Program-made: the position numbers and the translations under genes
Assembly: GCA_001822215.1 (NCBI GenBank)
Contig: MHQD01000032.1
Coordinates: 1 to 34,067 of the forward strand
DNA: 34,067 nt
Source of the DNA: Candidatus Sungbacteria bacterium RIFCSPHIGHO2_01_FULL_50_25
GTDB lineage: Bacteria; Patescibacteriota; Minisyncoccia; Sungbacterales; HO2-52-23
Direction: 5' to 3'
Shown here: piece after piece, positions 1 to 8,580 of the stretch
How the letters are laid out: every line of letters starts with the position of its first letter
Position numbering within the stretch: the stretch's first letter is position 1
Notes under the pieces: model-generated
What the model saw: only the letters and a program-made list of their open reading frames with translations
Databases searched by the model: none
Told to the model about the DNA's origin: nothing

Positions 1-1692
1 GTCTGAGTTTGCGGCATTAAGCTCAAATGTTTTTCCAAATCCTCCTCCTGAGAGGGTGACTGTGAGAACTCCAGCATTGTTTGCAAGTCCTGTGCCAAGG
101 AGGTTTGTGAAGTGCTCGGAGTTGATCCTGATCGCGCCCACGTTCTGGGTGCCTGTGGTGGTGGCTTGGGTGGATGTGGAGTATTTGGCAAATATTCCTT
201 CGAATGTGCTTGATGCGGATGTGGTCAGGAGTCCTACGGTTGAGGTGGGAGAAAGCGAGATCTGGCCCAAAGAGTTTGCGGCGTTGAGTTCAAATGTTTT
301 TCCGAATGTGGCGCCTGACTGGGTCACGCATCCTGACCCTGTGGTGGAAACCACTCCCTGGTTTGAGATCTGGAGGCAGTTGGTGCCTGTGTTTCCGAGG
401 TTCGAGATAGTGAGGAGGGAGGTAGAAGCAAGGGTGGAGATTGAGATATATGAGGTTGTTGCCTCTGTTGAAGTCGAACGAGAAGACGAAAGCCCAAGAA
501 TTGTCGAAGACGCATAATTTATAATGATTCCTACGGTTGAAGTCGGTGTGATAGAGCCACCCGTGGCAGTAAATTGCCAATTCGAAACGCCGGAAACATC
601 AGCACCGCACAAAAACTTACCGGATGTAGAATTGTATAAAACCGTTTGCGACTCAGCGGAACAATCGCCAAAATCGGATTGGAAAAAACCGTTCGAAACT
701 GACAGACGCGACGTACTCGCGTTTACTAGAACCGCAAAGTATGACGTGGTCGCTTGTGTTGAAGTCGAAAGAAGAGAAGTGAGATAAGAAACAGTCGAAG
801 AAGCACTCACAATCATTCCGATTGTCGAAGTCGGAGTGATATATGCATTTGATGCAATCGTAGTCCAAATATATTCTCCCGTGCCCTCTCCAACCGCATC
901 GGCACCGCAAGTAAATTTTCCGGTTGAAGAATTATATAAAACGTTTTGCGATTCCGTCGAACAGTCCCCCAGCCCTCCTTGGAAAAATCCGTTTGAGATA
1001 GTGAGTTCAGACGAAGATGCAGAACCGCTCCCGGAAATGACAAAAAGATTTGTCGCAGTCGAATTCTGAATTTGGAAAAGATTTGCGCTCTGGCCCAAGG
1101 CACCGCGAACTGAAACAGGAATAACCGCAGACGAAGTTGCCTCGATAGTAAGAAGCGACCTCCCGATTGCGGAAGTCGTACCAAGACGCGATTGGGTGCT
1201 GGTCGAAAGAAGCGTATCGGCGACAAGCGCAAACGCAGTTGAGTTAATCCGGTGTCTGGGGCTAAGCGTTTCCCATGACGCGGTTGAACTGTTATACACC
1301 TCCACTTGCAGATAGACTTCATCTCGCGAAGAGAAATCATAATCAAGCACGTCGGAACATTCGTTCGAATCCCCAACGTTCGCGTTAAACACGCCCTCCT
1401 TCACCACAAGCGAATGCGTGCACGGATCAGCAGATCCAGACGGCCATACGCGCGAACCACCGCTTGCGGCGGTGTAGAGTGAAAAACGGAAGTTGTAATT
1501 TGTTCCTAACCCTCCAAGAAGATTTCCGCTCGAATCAGCAAGTCGACCCTGGTAGCTTAAGATACGCGGAACCCCGGGAGCCGCAATCGACGTTATAGCA
1601 AATAGCGGCAAGAGAAGAACAAATAACCCCGCAGGAATTAGGAGAAATTTCTTCGAAAAAAAGCGAATTGTAGAGAGGATATTTCGCTTCAC
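1..1692 (-). CDS. Large secreted/surface Ser/Thr/Gly-rich repeat protein, 5' part only (runs off window edge; absent from ORF track)
   Basis: Manual translation from GTG 1692 (in-frame TAA upstream at 1708-1710): MKRNILSTIRFFSKKFLLIPAGLFVLLLPLFAITSIAAPGVPRILSYQGRLADSSGNLLGGLGTNYNFRFSLY. Signal-peptide-like N-terminus; same frame reads open at the window edge (VTLSGGGFGKTFELNAANSD); internal repeats. Confidence 0.85.
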   Translation of the reverse strand, partial: MKRNILSTIRFFSKKFLLIPAGLFVLLLPLFAITSIAAPGVPRILSYQGRLADSSGNLLGGLGTNYNFRFSLYTAASGGSRVWPSGSADPCTHSLVVKEGVFNANVGDSNECSDVLDYDFSSRDEVYLQVEVYNSSTASWETLSPRHRINSTAFALVADTLLSTSTQSRLGTTSAIGRSLLTIEATSSAVIPVSVRGALGQSANLFQIQNSTATNLFVISGSGSASSSELTISNGFFQGGLGDCSTESQNVLYNSSTGKFTCGADAVGEGTGEYIWTTIASNAYITPTSTIGMIVSASSTVSYLTSLLSTSTQATTSYFAVLVNASTSRLSVSNGFFQSDFGDCSAESQTVLYNSTSGKFLCGADVSGVSNWQFTATGGSITPTSTVGIIINYASSTILGLSSSRSTSTEATTSYISISTLASTSLLTISNLGNTGTNCLQISNQGVVSTTGSGCVTQSGATFGKTFELNAANSLGQISLSPTSTVGLLTTSASSTFEGIFAKYSTSTQATTTGTQNVGAIRINSEHFTNLLGTGLANNAGVLTVTLSGGGFGKTFELNAANSD

Positions 1693-2047
1693 AAGTATGC
1701 GTATATTTTATCATGGGTTTTTCGCGTACCTATCACGCTTTGCTGTGGAAAAAATGTATTCAAAATACGTACCTTTTTCGTAAATATGATTTATGCACCA
1801 AACATATATAAACCTTACTATTAAAATAATTATTCTTGTAAGGTTTATCCGGCTTAACTGAAATAAAATTATTTTTTGCTGTTTTGAAAGCAGAATTTTA
1901 TTTGTGAAAAGTGATCAATTCCGCCCTTGACAGGTTTCCGTCAAATCAAATCTATGCGAAAATCCAAACAAAATAACCGCATGTCGGCGGCTACATCTTT
2001 TCTATAAAAATATCAGAATGACTGAAAAATCAGGATTCTAGATATCA

Positions 2048-2150
2048 GTTAGAACGCATATGCTCCCCGTGCCGGCATACTTGCTTTTCAGGCGAGCACA
2101 CCCTTTCGCTTTCATCGACGAAAGCCAGGGCTATATTTAAACTTTCTAAC
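2048..2150. mobile_element. Degenerate copy (A) of the CCCGTTAGA/TCTAACGGG mini-element
   Basis: GTTAGAA (2048-2054) ... TTCTAAC (2144-2150), 103 bp with several internal hairpins (TATGC/GCATA, GCTTTC/GAAAGC). Outer CCC/GGG and target duplication not recognisable. Confidence 0.45.
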
Positions 2151-2310
2151 CGGAGAGGGCGAGATTCAAATTCGCGATGCCGGTAAACCCCGTTAGAACG
2201 GGCGCTTTGCGAATACGCTCGCGGGAACATTCCACTCCCGCGGGCGATCGGGGGACGACCGCCGACTGGAGTCGGCGGCGCTCTAACGGGGTAAAGGTAT
2301 ACCTGCTTTT
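2151..2310 (-). pseudogene. tRNA-Ser relic (3' half) interrupted by mini-element B
   Basis: Removing 2188-2295 gives minus-strand GCAGGTATACCTTTACCGGCATCGCGAATTTGAATCTCGCCCTCTCCG. This is colinear with the variable arm, T-arm and acceptor of the intact tRNA-Ser (GCGAGTATGCCTTTACCGGTATCAGAGGTTCGAATCCTCTCGCCTCCG). The T-loop is mutated. Confidence 0.75.
2188..2291. mobile_element. MITE-like mini-element copy B (104 bp)
   Basis: TIR CCCCGTTAGA / TCTAACGGGG; TAAA duplicated at 2184-2187 and 2292-2295; two internal hairpins. Confidence 0.88.
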
Positions 2311-2362
2311 ATGCACTTTTTTGCGGTCGTAAAAACTCGGGTTGTTTGTATAACGTCATCAG

Positions 2363-2449
2363 CGGAGGCGAGAGGATTCGAACCTCTGATACCGGTAAAG
2401 GCATACTCGCTTTCCAAGCGAGCGCACTAGGCCACTATGCGACGCCTCC
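2363..2449 (-). tRNA. tRNA-Ser (GGA)
   Basis: GGAGGCG acceptor, CTCGC-TTGGAAA-GCGAG anticodon arm, long variable arm, GGTTCGAATCC T-arm, G discriminator; CCA not encoded. Confidence 0.96.
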
Positions 2450-2474
2450 GCTGAGGATATTAATATATGTGCAA

Positions 2475-2505
2475 CCCGTTAAAAGCAAAGCAGTTTGCTT
2501 CTAAC
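2475..2505. repeat. Internally deleted remnant (C) of the mini-element
   Basis: CCCGTTAAAAGCAAA-GCAG-TTTGCTTCTAAC hairpin resembling both TIRs, abutting a tRNA 5' fragment. Confidence 0.5.
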
Positions 2506-2524
2506 CCACTATGCGACCTTTCCG
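2506..2524 (-). pseudogene. tRNA-Ser 5' fragment (acceptor + D-arm start); a shorter echo at 2576-2586
   Basis: Minus strand GGAAAGGTCGCATAGTGG vs intact GGAGGCGTCGCATAGTGG. CACTATGCGAC occurs at 2433, 2507 and 2576. Confidence 0.6.
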
Positions 2525-2599
2525 ATTTGGAAGCTCAAGGAATAACCCGCAAAAAAATGAAAACATCTATTCTGGCACTATGCGACTTTAAAAAAACCG

Positions 2600-3520
2600 T
2601 TACTGCTTTTCAACTCTCATTCCAAGAAGCACGTTAACTCGTTCTTCAATCGGAGGATGTGTTGAGAATATCCGCACGATCCACGGCATCTTTTGTCCTA
2701 CTACTCGGTCAGCACCAAATGGATTTTCTAAAAATAGATGTGCGGTCGCGTTTGACGCGGTGCGAAGCGGCCGGGAATATGCGCTGATTTTTCTCAAGGC
2801 AGACGCAAGCCCCTCCGGGTAGCGCGTCAAAAGCGCTCCCGATGCATCCGCAAGAAATTCGCGCCTCCGGGAAATCGCAAAATGAAGAAGCTGCGCGATT
2901 ATCGGCGCAAGAATTGAAATCACAAGTCCAAAAAGAAGAAAAACAGCTCCTGCTCTCCCTCGATCGTTATCGCTTCCAAAACTTCGAAACAGCATGGAGC
3001 GCGTAAACATGTCGGACAAAACAGCTACAAACCCTACAAGCACTACTGCAACGGTTGAAACAAGCATGTCGCGATTACCGATGTGCGAGAGTTCATGCGC
3101 GAGCACTCCCTCAAGCTCCGAACGATCAAGAATTTCCAAGAGTCCGGTTGTTACAACAACAACTGCGTGCTTCGCATTCCGGCCCGTTGCAAATGCATTG
3201 GGTGCCACGTCGTCAATAATGAAGAAACGCGGCATGGGGAGGCCCGCAGTAATCGAAAGATTTTCTAGAATGCGGTAGAGCTCGGGATGCTCTTTCATCT
3301 CGATTGGTTTTGCGCGGTGCATTGCAAGAACAAGCTTATCAGAAAACCAGTAGCTGGCCACATTCATGAAAACGCTGAAAAACACCGCAATATATAGTAT
3401 TCCCGGATTGCCATATGCCTGGGCGAAAACCCATCCCACTCCGATGACAATGCCGAAAAAAGCCGTCATCAAGAGCCATGTTTTCCAAATATTGTATGTG
3501 CGCTGTGTATATAATGTCAT
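2600..3520 (-). CDS. htpX: Zinc metalloprotease HtpX (M48 family)
   Basis: PNAFATG, HELSH zinc motif, SRRREFLADA, THPP, multiple TM segments. Confidence 0.95.
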   Translation of the reverse strand: MTLYTQRTYNIWKTWLLMTAFFGIVIGVGWVFAQAYGNPGILYIAVFFSVFMNVASYWFSDKLVLAMHRAKPIEMKEHPELYRILENLSITAGLPMPRFFIIDDVAPNAFATGRNAKHAVVVVTTGLLEILDRSELEGVLAHELSHIGNRDMLVSTVAVVLVGFVAVLSDMFTRSMLFRSFGSDNDRGRAGAVFLLFGLVISILAPIIAQLLHFAISRRREFLADASGALLTRYPEGLASALRKISAYSRPLRTASNATAHLFLENPFGADRVVGQKMPWIVRIFSTHPPIEERVNVLLGMRVEKQ

Positions 3521-3534
3521 GAAATATGTGTAAA

Positions 3535-3637
3535 TTCCGTTAGAACAGGCGCTTCGCGATCGGCTGATGGGAGCAGTATACTCCCGTAAGCTTATTCTAT
3601 CTCCACCGCCGACTCTGTCGGCGGCGTTCTAACGGGG
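3535..3637. mobile_element. MITE-like mini-element copy D (103 bp)
   Basis: TTCCGTTAGAAC ... GTTCTAACGGGG; TAAA duplicated at 3531-3534 and 3638-3641; colinear with copy B. Confidence 0.88.
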
Positions 3638-3730
3638 TAAAAAGTTTTCCCCAAAATTATATCAGAAATTTCCTTCCCCCGCAATCCCCCGCTGTGGTAC
3701 CATTGCTATACTATAGCAGTCTCACACAAA

Positions 3731-4639
3731 ATGATCAGGGAAAGAAAAATTGACGGCATCTCTTGGATCTCGATTGTGCACCCGGGGAAAAAAGACATTG
3801 ATACGCTCCGCAACCAATTCCCCGATATCCACCCCTTGATCCTTGAAGACCTTCGCACACCAACCATCCGGCCTCTTTCCGAAAACTACGAACGGGAAAT
3901 TTATATGGTCATGCATTTCCCGACTATCATTTCTGGAAAGAATAAAGTTCACGCGCGAGAAATTGATTTTATCCTAAGGAAAAGAATACTCGTCACGGTC
4001 CAATACGATTCGATTCCTGAGCTTGAAGAAATTTGGAACGAATCTGAACATGAGACAACCGAGCAATACGGAAAAACACCCGCGCATCTTCTCTACTATC
4101 TTCACAAGCGGTTTTTCTCGCGCGCGCTTACGGATCTTGACCAAATACAAGCGGAGATCGACAAGGCAGAAGAAGAAGTATTTGCAGGCCGAGAAAAAGA
4201 AATATTTACCGATATCACGCTTCTCCGAAGAGACGTTCTTGATTATTCCAGGACAATGAAACCCCAGCGAATGGCGCTCGAATCCCTGCTTGAACAGGGA
4301 ACCGAACTCTATGGCGAGCTCGCGCGCCCCTTTTTCAGCGGAACATTGTCAGAATACATCCGCGTCGCAAATCTCATCGAAAACCACAAGGAGGCGCTCG
4401 ATGCGCTTTACGATACCGCGTCTTCCCAGCTTGCGACAAAGACAAACGAAATCATGCGGGTATTTACCATCCTTGCATTCATCAGTTTCATCCCTACCGT
4501 AGTCGCAAATATTTACGGAATGAATGTCGTAAACATTCCTTTTTCAGACCACCCAATCGCGTTCTGGATTGTCATCGGATTTATGATTATTACGACTGTG
4601 GCGATCTACCTTGTACTCAAATGGCGGAAACTTGTATAA
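3731..4639 (+). CDS. corA: CorA-family Mg2+/Co2+ transporter
   Basis: Large soluble domain, TNEIMRVFT, YGMN signature between two C-terminal TM helices. Confidence 0.92.
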   Translation: MIRERKIDGISWISIVHPGKKDIDTLRNQFPDIHPLILEDLRTPTIRPLSENYEREIYMVMHFPTIISGKNKVHAREIDFILRKRILVTVQYDSIPELEEIWNESEHETTEQYGKTPAHLLYYLHKRFFSRALTDLDQIQAEIDKAEEEVFAGREKEIFTDITLLRRDVLDYSRTMKPQRMALESLLEQGTELYGELARPFFSGTLSEYIRVANLIENHKEALDALYDTASSQLATKTNEIMRVFTILAFISFIPTVVANIYGMNVVNIPFSDHPIAFWIVIGFMIITTVAIYLVLKWRKLV

Positions 4640-4649
4640 TACCGCCACA

Positions 4650-6065
4650 ATGATTCGGCTATACAATACGCTCACGCGAAAAATCGAAGATTTTAAACCC
4701 ATCCGGAAAGGACGGGTCGGTTTATACACCTGCGGGCCAACGGTCTATAATTTCGCTCACATAGGAAACCTGCGCACATATATATTTGAGGATATCCTTC
4801 GCCGGACACTCGAATACTCCGGATATAATGTTACGCACGTCATGAACATCACGGATGTCGGGCATTTGACGTCAGATGCGGACGCGGGCGAGGACAAGCT
4901 TGAAAAAGGCGCAAAACGCGAAGGGAAAACCGTCTGGGATATTGCGCGCTTCTATACGCGCGCGTTTCTCAAAGATATCCGCGCGCTTAATATCAAACGG
5001 GCGCAAAACATCGTCCCCGCGACATCCGCAATACGAGAACAGATTGCCGTCATAAAGAAACTTTTCGCCGGCGGCTTTGCATACGAAACACCCGAGGCCG
5101 TTTATTTTGACGTGTCAAAATTTAGGAATTATACAAAACTTTCCCGCCAGCGCCTTGAGGAAAAAAAAGCGGGCGCACGCGCCGAAGTCATCGAAGACCC
5201 GGGGAAAAAACATCCGCAGGATTTCGCGCTCTGGTTCAAGCGCGTCGGAAAGTTCAAAAACCACGTGATGCATTGGAATTCGCCCTGGGGTGACGGATTT
5301 CCGGGCTGGCACATTGAGTGCTCCGCAATCTCAACTTCGCGGCTCGGCCAGCCTTTTGACATCCACACGGGCGGAGTGGATCATATTGCGGTGCACCACA
5401 CGAACGAAATTGCGCAGTCAGAAGGCGCATTCAAAAAACCTCTTGCGCGATTCTGGATGCACGGCGAATTTCTCCTTGTCGCGGATTCAAAAATGGCAAA
5501 ATCAGCGGGAACGTTTCTTACGCTTCAAGAACTTGAAAAAAAAGGATTTAATCCGCTTGCATTCCGCTATCTTGTCCTCACCTCGCATTATCGCTCAAAA
5601 TTGAATTTTACATGGGAATCGCTTCGGGCGGCAGAACACTCCCTTGAGCGGGTCCGTAGTTTTATCAAAACACTCCTCTCGGAAAGAAAAAAACCAAAAC
5701 ACCCTGTCTCTCTCGAAAAATATAGAAGCCAGTTTGACGATGCGCTCAAAAGCGATCTCCAAACCCCGCAGGCGCTTTCAGTACTTTGGAAAATCATCAG
5801 CGATTACAACACGCAATCGGAGTCGTTCGACGCAAAAAAGATTCTCGCGCTTCTCTACGATTTTGATCAAGTCCTTGGGCTTCATTTTACCGCAATCAAA
5901 AAAGACGCTATCCCGGAAACAATACGCGATATGGCAATGAAACGCGAGGTAGCGCGCAGGAATAAGGATTGGGATAAAGCCGACAAATTCCGCGCCAAAA
6001 TTGAAACAGCGGGATTTGTTATATTCGATACCCCAGACGGTTCAAAACTCCGAAAGAAACAATAA
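4650..6065 (+). CDS. cysS: Cysteine--tRNA ligase
   Basis: MIRLYNTLTR start (ATG 4650, after corA stop), CGPTVY, HIGN, PGWHIECS, KMAKS. Confidence 0.97.
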   Translation: MIRLYNTLTRKIEDFKPIRKGRVGLYTCGPTVYNFAHIGNLRTYIFEDILRRTLEYSGYNVTHVMNITDVGHLTSDADAGEDKLEKGAKREGKTVWDIARFYTRAFLKDIRALNIKRAQNIVPATSAIREQIAVIKKLFAGGFAYETPEAVYFDVSKFRNYTKLSRQRLEEKKAGARAEVIEDPGKKHPQDFALWFKRVGKFKNHVMHWNSPWGDGFPGWHIECSAISTSRLGQPFDIHTGGVDHIAVHHTNEIAQSEGAFKKPLARFWMHGEFLLVADSKMAKSAGTFLTLQELEKKGFNPLAFRYLVLTSHYRSKLNFTWESLRAAEHSLERVRSFIKTLLSERKKPKHPVSLEKYRSQFDDALKSDLQTPQALSVLWKIISDYNTQSESFDAKKILALLYDFDQVLGLHFTAIKKDAIPETIRDMAMKREVARRNKDWDKADKFRAKIETAGFVIFDTPDGSKLRKKQ

Positions 6066-6168
6066 TTCGCGATTTCCCCAGCTTCTCCATCTGTCTTCCA
6101 GAGACCGATGTTGCATTCATTCCCTGCTGCGCGCTATGCTTTAGGGAGGATTTTTTCTCATCATCTTT

Positions 6169-7533
6169 ATGCAAAACTCCGAAAGGAAACCTGTCGAGAT
6201 TCGCATGCCTCCGCAGAATATCGAAGCGGAGATGTCGGTACTCGGGTCTTTGATGCTCGATAAGGACTCGATTTTCAAGGTGGCTGATTTTTTGACACCG
6301 AAAGATTTTTATAAGCCAATCCACGCCGATATCTATGAGACAATGTCCGACCTCATGCAGAGGCGAGAGCCGATTGATATTGTAAGCGTTACAAACCGCC
6401 TGAAAGAGCAAGGGGGACTCGACGGAGTCGGAGGATCGAGCTATCTTGCATCGCTCGTAAACACCGTTCCGACCGCATCACACGTTGCGCACTATGCCTC
6501 GATTGTGAAAAAGAAGCGGCTCTTGCGGGACCTCATTGACGCATCCCAGCATATCATCGAACTCGGATATAGAGAAACTGACGACGTCGATACAATAATT
6601 GACGAGGCGGAGCAGCGGATTTTTGCCGTCGCGCGCGGAACGATCAAACAAGAATTTCAAGCAGTCCATACCGCGCTCGCCGAGGCGTGGGACAGGATCG
6701 AGCGCCTTCATAAGGACGACGGAATGCTCCACGGCATTCCCACGGGTTTCCCTGATCTCGATAATTATCTCGCTGGCCTTCAGCGTTCCGACCTTATCGT
6801 ACTTGCCGCGCGGCCGAGCCTCGGGAAAACGGCACTCGCATTGAATATTTGCCGTAACGTCGCGATTGACCATAAAAAGGCGGTTGCCCTTTTCAGCCTT
6901 GAGATGTCGAAAGAACAGCTCGTCGACCGCCTCATCGCGTCAGAAGCGAACGTCGACCTTTGGCGCCTGCGCACGGGGCGGCTCCGAGAGGACCAAAATG
7001 AATTCTCGCAGATCCGTGATGCAATGAGCGTCTTATCGGACGCGCCGCTATACCTTGATGATTCGCCGTCGCTTTCGGTGATGGATATTCGCGCAAAGGC
7101 GCGCCGCTTCCAGGCAGAGCGCGACCTCGGGCTTGTCATGATCGACTATCTCCAGCTCATCCAGGGCACAGGACGAGTGGAGTCCCGCGTACAAGAGGTT
7201 TCCGAGATATCCCGGGCGCTCAAAGCAATGGCAAAGGAACTCAATGTGCCGGTTCTTGCGGTTTCCCAGCTTTCCCGCGCAGTCGAGATGCGCCCGTCGT
7301 CCCGCCCGAAACTTTCTGATTTGCGCGAGTCGGGGTCAATCGAACAGGACGCTGACGTCGTCATGTTTATCTATCGGGAAGACAAAGTGCGCGAAAACTC
7401 CGACAAAAAAAACATTGCGGAAATACTTATTGAGAAGCATCGGAACGGCCCCACGGGAAAAATCGACCTCTATTTCCATGAGGAAACTGCGTCTTTCCGC
7501 TCGATTGATAAACACTACGATAGCGCCGTATAA
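6169..7533 (+). CDS. dnaB: Replicative DNA helicase
   Basis: PPQNIEAE, AARPSLGKT Walker A, IDYLQL, DLRESGSIEQDAD, KHRNGPTG. Confidence 0.98.
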   Translation: MQNSERKPVEIRMPPQNIEAEMSVLGSLMLDKDSIFKVADFLTPKDFYKPIHADIYETMSDLMQRREPIDIVSVTNRLKEQGGLDGVGGSSYLASLVNTVPTASHVAHYASIVKKKRLLRDLIDASQHIIELGYRETDDVDTIIDEAEQRIFAVARGTIKQEFQAVHTALAEAWDRIERLHKDDGMLHGIPTGFPDLDNYLAGLQRSDLIVLAARPSLGKTALALNICRNVAIDHKKAVALFSLEMSKEQLVDRLIASEANVDLWRLRTGRLREDQNEFSQIRDAMSVLSDAPLYLDDSPSLSVMDIRAKARRFQAERDLGLVMIDYLQLIQGTGRVESRVQEVSEISRALKAMAKELNVPVLAVSQLSRAVEMRPSSRPKLSDLRESGSIEQDADVVMFIYREDKVRENSDKKNIAEILIEKHRNGPTGKIDLYFHEETASFRSIDKHYDSAV

Positions 7534-7541
7534 AAATAGAA

Positions 7542-8171
7542 ATGCTCTATCCGAGGCCCGTACAAGACCTTATTGACCTTTTTGCGAAATTTCCCGGCAT
7601 CGGCCCGCGGCAAGCGGCTCGGTTTGCTTTTTTTTTGTTGCGGGACGCAACGTCTCTCGTACCACTTTTAAAATCTTCTTTGGATGACATAGAGAAAAGC
7701 GTCGCGTTTTGCAAAGAATGTTTCCGAGCAACGGAAAAAAATGGTACGCCATTACTCTGCGCATTTTGCCGCGACTCGAAGCGAAATGCATCGCTTATCG
7801 CAGTTGTCGAAAAAGAATCTGATATGCAAAATATCGAGAAAACCGGCGCATTTCGCGGCAGATATCATATCCTCGGCGGCACGATTTCTACGCTTGACCC
7901 TGAATCCCCAAAACGACTCCATTTACGCGAGCTCCACGCCCGCGTCTCGAAAGCGCTCAAAGACATGCCGGAGACTGAAGTCATTCTTGCAACCGCCGCG
8001 ACCTCCGAAGGAGACATGACCGCGCTCTATATCGAGCGTGTCCTCTCGCCTCTCAAAAACGGCAACCCGAAACTCAAACTGACGCGCCTTGGCCGCGGGC
8101 TTTCCGCCGGGTCAGAGCTCGAATACGCGGACGATCAAACGCTTCGAAATGCCCTGAAAAACCGGGGGTAA
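7542..8171 (+). CDS. recR: Recombination mediator RecR
   Basis: FPGIGPRQAAR HhH, CxxC..CxxC zinc finger, Toprim (VVE, YHILGG), ELEYAD. Confidence 0.96.
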   Translation: MLYPRPVQDLIDLFAKFPGIGPRQAARFAFFLLRDATSLVPLLKSSLDDIEKSVAFCKECFRATEKNGTPLLCAFCRDSKRNASLIAVVEKESDMQNIEKTGAFRGRYHILGGTISTLDPESPKRLHLRELHARVSKALKDMPETEVILATAATSEGDMTALYIERVLSPLKNGNPKLKLTRLGRGLSAGSELEYADDQTLRNALKNRG

Positions 8172-8172
8172 C

Positions 8173-8204
8173 AAAAAACCCTGGCGATACCATGGGGTTA
8201 TTTT
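8173..8204. terminator. Probable bidirectional terminator between convergent recR and rplU
   Basis: A-run, imperfect AACCCTGG/CCATGGGGTT stem, T-run. Confidence 0.55.
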
Positions 8205-8515
8205 GTGTTTATTCCGGTTATTTCAACTTCAGTATAATGCTGACGATGACCTTTTTTCTTTCGCCACCGCGCTTTTGGACGATATTTAAACACGATGACT
8301 TTTCGTGCGCGCGCATGCAAAAGTACTTTGGCGTGTATGGATGCTCCAGGAATCGTTGGAGTCCCGATTATGATATTATCACCGTCATCAACCGAGAGAA
8401 GAACCTCGGTACACACAAAATTCCCGCCCTCGGCGGCATCGATTTTCTCGATCTTCAATTTTTTGCCCGGGCTCACAATATACTGTTTTCCGCCGGTTCT
8501 GATAACAGCCCACAT
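8198..8515 (-). CDS. rplU: 50S ribosomal protein L21
   Basis: AVIRTGGKQY and KKGHRQHYT motifs. Confidence 0.97.
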   Translation of the reverse strand: MWAVIRTGGKQYIVSPGKKLKIEKIDAAEGGNFVCTEVLLSVDDGDNIIIGTPTIPGASIHAKVLLHARARKVIVFKYRPKARWRKKKGHRQHYTEVEITGINTK

Positions 8516-8580
8516 ACTGTTATAGGATAAAAAATAAAACGCTTTTTGTCAACAAAATACGGCCCATGAGCCGTTTTGGT

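Noticed and set aside
1700..2045. AT-rich intergenic region as replication origin
   Set aside because: Only one DnaA-box-like 9-mer (TGTGGAAAA near 1745) and no dnaA; more simply the promoter region of the surface-protein gene.
2045..2230. 61-aa ORF on the minus strand
   Set aside because: It reads through a mini-element end and the tRNA relic, so it is a by-product of non-coding features.
2048..2590. Clustered repeats as a CRISPR array
   Set aside because: Repeats are inverted or tRNA-derived, irregularly spaced, and there are no cas genes.
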